Shown one piece after another: positions 61,546-64,000 of a stretch of DNA of 64,000 bases. Position 1 is the first letter of the stretch; each line of letters begins with the position of its first letter. Origin of the DNA: Felis catus (lineage: Eukaryota); the NCBI RefSeq assembly GCF_018350175.1, contig NC_058368.1, positions 140,804,001 through 140,868,000 on the forward strand. Reading direction: 5' to 3'. Under the pieces are notes generated by a model. That model did no database searches. It was given only the letters and a program-made list of their open reading frames with translations, and was not told where the DNA came from. The position numbers were made by a program, and so were the translations under genes.

Positions 61546-62236
61546 GGTAAAATAAGATAGCAAGTGCCCAACACACAGTAAGTACCCAGTACTAAGTGAT
61601 TGTGTGAAGATGAAAATGGTGGTAAGGGTGACAGGACAAACATCGCTGGTCCAGCTTAGAGTCCGCAGCTCATGGGCTTTATCCAACCTACTACCCTCTC
61701 AAGTTGGTGTCTGCCAGATGCCTGCTGTGGGAAAAGGCTATTTCCCCCCTTGACTTCTCCAGCTCTCTCAGAGAGCTTCCTTTCTTTTTTAAAACTTTTT
61801 TTTAAGTGTTTATTTTTAAGAGAGAGAGAGAAGGAGATAGAACATGAGCAGAGAAGGGACAGACAAAGAGAGGGAGGCACAGAATCCGAAGCGGCTCCAG
61901 GCTCTGAGCTGTCGGCACAGAGCCTGATGCGGGGCTCGAACTCACGAGCTGTGAGATCATGACCTGAGCTGAAGTCGGACGCTCAACCGACTGAGCCACC
62001 CAGGTGCCCCGAGAGTTTCCTTCCAAGAGGTGGCCTGCTATGCAGTCATTATGTTTTCGAAGAACATTTATTTTGATGGAGCTGTCTACTCTCGGATACC
62101 AACATTAATAGTTGATATCGTTTTCAATTGGATCTTTAAAAATAGTGCTTCAGCATGAGTTTTTAAGGTTTAAAGTTTCTGTTTCTGTAGCTAGGTCACA
62201 GGGGTGAAAAGCACCTGGCTCTGGGGGTCCCACACA

Positions 62237-62675
62237 TACCAGGTTGGGCCACTAGCCGCTGACAAAATGCAAAGTCAGAGTCACAAGCGGTGGAGAAACA
62301 AGAGAGGAATTAATTTCAATGAAGCCAACACCGGGAAGTCAAGGGAGTAGCTTCTGAAAGGCTGTCTCCAAAGTGCTGAAAATACTTTCCGGTTTATATA
62401 AGGAGAATGTGGGACAGGGGTTGGTGGGTACATGCCGGTGGGCAGTGAAGGTGTAAACCAATCATTGTCTTGGGGGTTGTGAAGTCGGCATGGTTTTACT
62501 GGCTGAGAGCAGTCCTTAATAAGAGAATAATTATAAGAGAACTTAATAAGATAATCAGAGAACCTAATTAGAAAGTTTGAGGTCAAAATGAAAGTCATTA
62601 AAGCCCTCTTTCATTTCTACTTGCTATTTTTCATTTTCTTTATCCCAATCAGGAAGGGAAGGGTTCCCTTACAAA
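62237..62675 (-). mobile_element. Probable ERV1-class solo LTR
   Basis: Reverse-strand TATA-like CTTATATAAAC (about 62393-62403), short internal repeats ATAAGAGAA, LTR-like composition. Boundaries and family uncertain. Confidence 0.4.
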
Positions 62676-64000
62676 GGGAAGGTCTGAGATGGGATGGAAA
62701 GCAACAGCTGCCTGGAAACCACTTCCCTTTCTAGCTTTTTGTTTTCAAGAGCCCGAGCCACTGAGGCAATTATGTGAGGTGCCTACAAGGAAAATACATG
62801 TCAAGGGAAAGGAATTATCCCTAAGGAAAGGATTTCCTCTGAGACTAAAAGAAGACTTCCTGAGCTCTGGAGGAAAGGGAGAGGTTTGTGGTTTCCGAGG
62901 AGTGCAAGCCTCACAGTGTTCACGTGACCTCTCTCTAGGGGTCTCTTCTGATATCTAACCTTGTCTCAGCGTCCCCATCTTTGATATTTATCACTCCTGG
63001 AGGTGGGTGATCAGCTAAGTATGCACTCTGGGTTTCTACCGTCTCTTCTGAGTCTTCTAATGTGTTCTCCAACTTTCCTTTGGAATATAACATCTGTTGT
63101 CTTGAGACCTCAACCAGAATTCTAACTGGGTACATGTACCTTGAAAAAAGACTGGAAGGAAGCCCACTAAGGTGTTCACTATGATGGTGGCATTATAGGC
63201 AATTTTAATATTTTCTTTGTACTTCGGGGGAACCTAGGCGGCTCAGTCGGTTAAGGGTCAGACTTCTGCTCAGGTCATGATCTCATGGTTTGTGGGTTCG
63301 AATCCCTCATTGGGCTCTCTGCTTTGAGCACAGAGCCTGCTTCAGATCCTCTGTCCCTCTCTCTCTGCCCTTACCCCCCACTCTCTGTCTCAAAAAAAAG
63401 TCCTTAGAAATATTTTCTTTGTACTTTCATCTAATTGCTGGTGTTTTAACAATGAACAATAATCAGAAAACAGTGCTTCGTTATTTATTTGTATTAGAGA
63501 ATTCCTGCTATTCTAGCTTTACATACCTGTATTCCTCCCATACTGCCGGCTTACTAAAATGTCTTTTTCTCTGAGACCACTTCCTCAGCTACGCTGTGCT
63601 CTTGTAACATTCCGCTCTGTACTATCTTACTTTCCTCCCTCCCTCCCTTCCTCCCTCCCTTCCTTCCTTCCTTCCAAGTGTTTTATTTTGAGAGAGAGAG
63701 AGAGCAAGCTGGGGAGGGCAGAGGGAAGGGGACAGAGAATCCCAGGCAAGCTCCTCGCTGTCCGCACAGAGCCCCAGGCAGGGCTCAAATCCACGAACCC
63801 ACGAGATCATGACCTGAGCCAAAACCAAGAGTCAGACTCTCAACGGACTGAGCCACCCAGGACCCCAGCCTTACTTTTCTTTCTAACCCTAGGACCTGTC
63901 ACGGCACCAACCAATCAGAGAAGTTAAGCACATGCTTTTTTAAGTGAATCTGTCTTGAGAATGCCTAGGATTTCCTTTATTCACTTCATCACCATTAGAA

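Larger units (their letters stand above)
36..63866. mobile_element. Dispersed carnivore tRNA-derived SINEs (CanSINE/SINEC), about 85-90 copies or fragments on both strands (collective entry)
   Basis: Recurrent head GGGGCGCCTGGGTGGCTCAGTCGGTTAAGCG..., B-box-like GTTCGAGCCC, (CT)n tract and AATAAA/poly(A) tail, many with TSDs. Manual count; roughly a quarter of the window. Confidence 0.95.

Noticed and set aside
61022..61555. 177-aa ORF, the longest non-genic ORF
   Set aside because: Non-ATG start, both ends lie in MER5-like repeats, and I recognise no homology.
36..63866. tRNA genes or CRISPR-like arrays suggested by recurring A/B-box motifs and repeats
   Set aside because: The A/B boxes belong to tRNA-derived SINE heads and do not form cloverleafs. 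The repeats are dispersed, not regularly spaced, and the DNA is mammalian.
1112..63927. Dozens of similar 60-130 aa ORFs (MAQSVKRPTSAQVMISRSVSSSPASGS..., GAPGWRSRLSVRLQPGHDL..., ETEHERGRGRERGRHRIGNRLQ...) that look like a repeated protein family
   Set aside because: All are translations of SINE bodies in different frames, with no splice or codon evidence, and many start at non-ATG codons.

Overview
Mammalian genomic DNA from a felid, judged by very dense tRNA-derived carnivore SINEs including the young cat-type subfamily and an L1_Fc-like 3' end; the species cannot be fixed from this window. It holds two intact + strand genes in the order known from the F2R-F2RL1-S100Z locus. F2RL1 (protease-activated receptor 2) has a CpG-island promoter, CDS 8670-8751 + 22710-23821, 397 aa, and activation site SKGR/SLIGKI. 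S100Z has CDS 52280-52420 + 56057-56215, 99 aa. The rest is mostly interspersed repeats: roughly 85-90 SINE copies or fragments by manual count, plus L1/L2/MIR, MaLR and ERV LTRs, Tigger-like and hAT MER DNA transposons, and microsatellites. I found no evidence of a wholly new biological system. The most interesting observations are an in-frame upstream ATG and a second strong splice donor in the F2RL1 leader, two N-glycosylation sequons next to the PAR2 cleavage site, an apparently mutated splice donor just after the S100Z stop, a CACCTG E-box cluster before S100Z, a two-template local duplication, and several SINE rearrangements. Repeat family names and comparisons with human or rodent orthologues are from memory, not from a database search.
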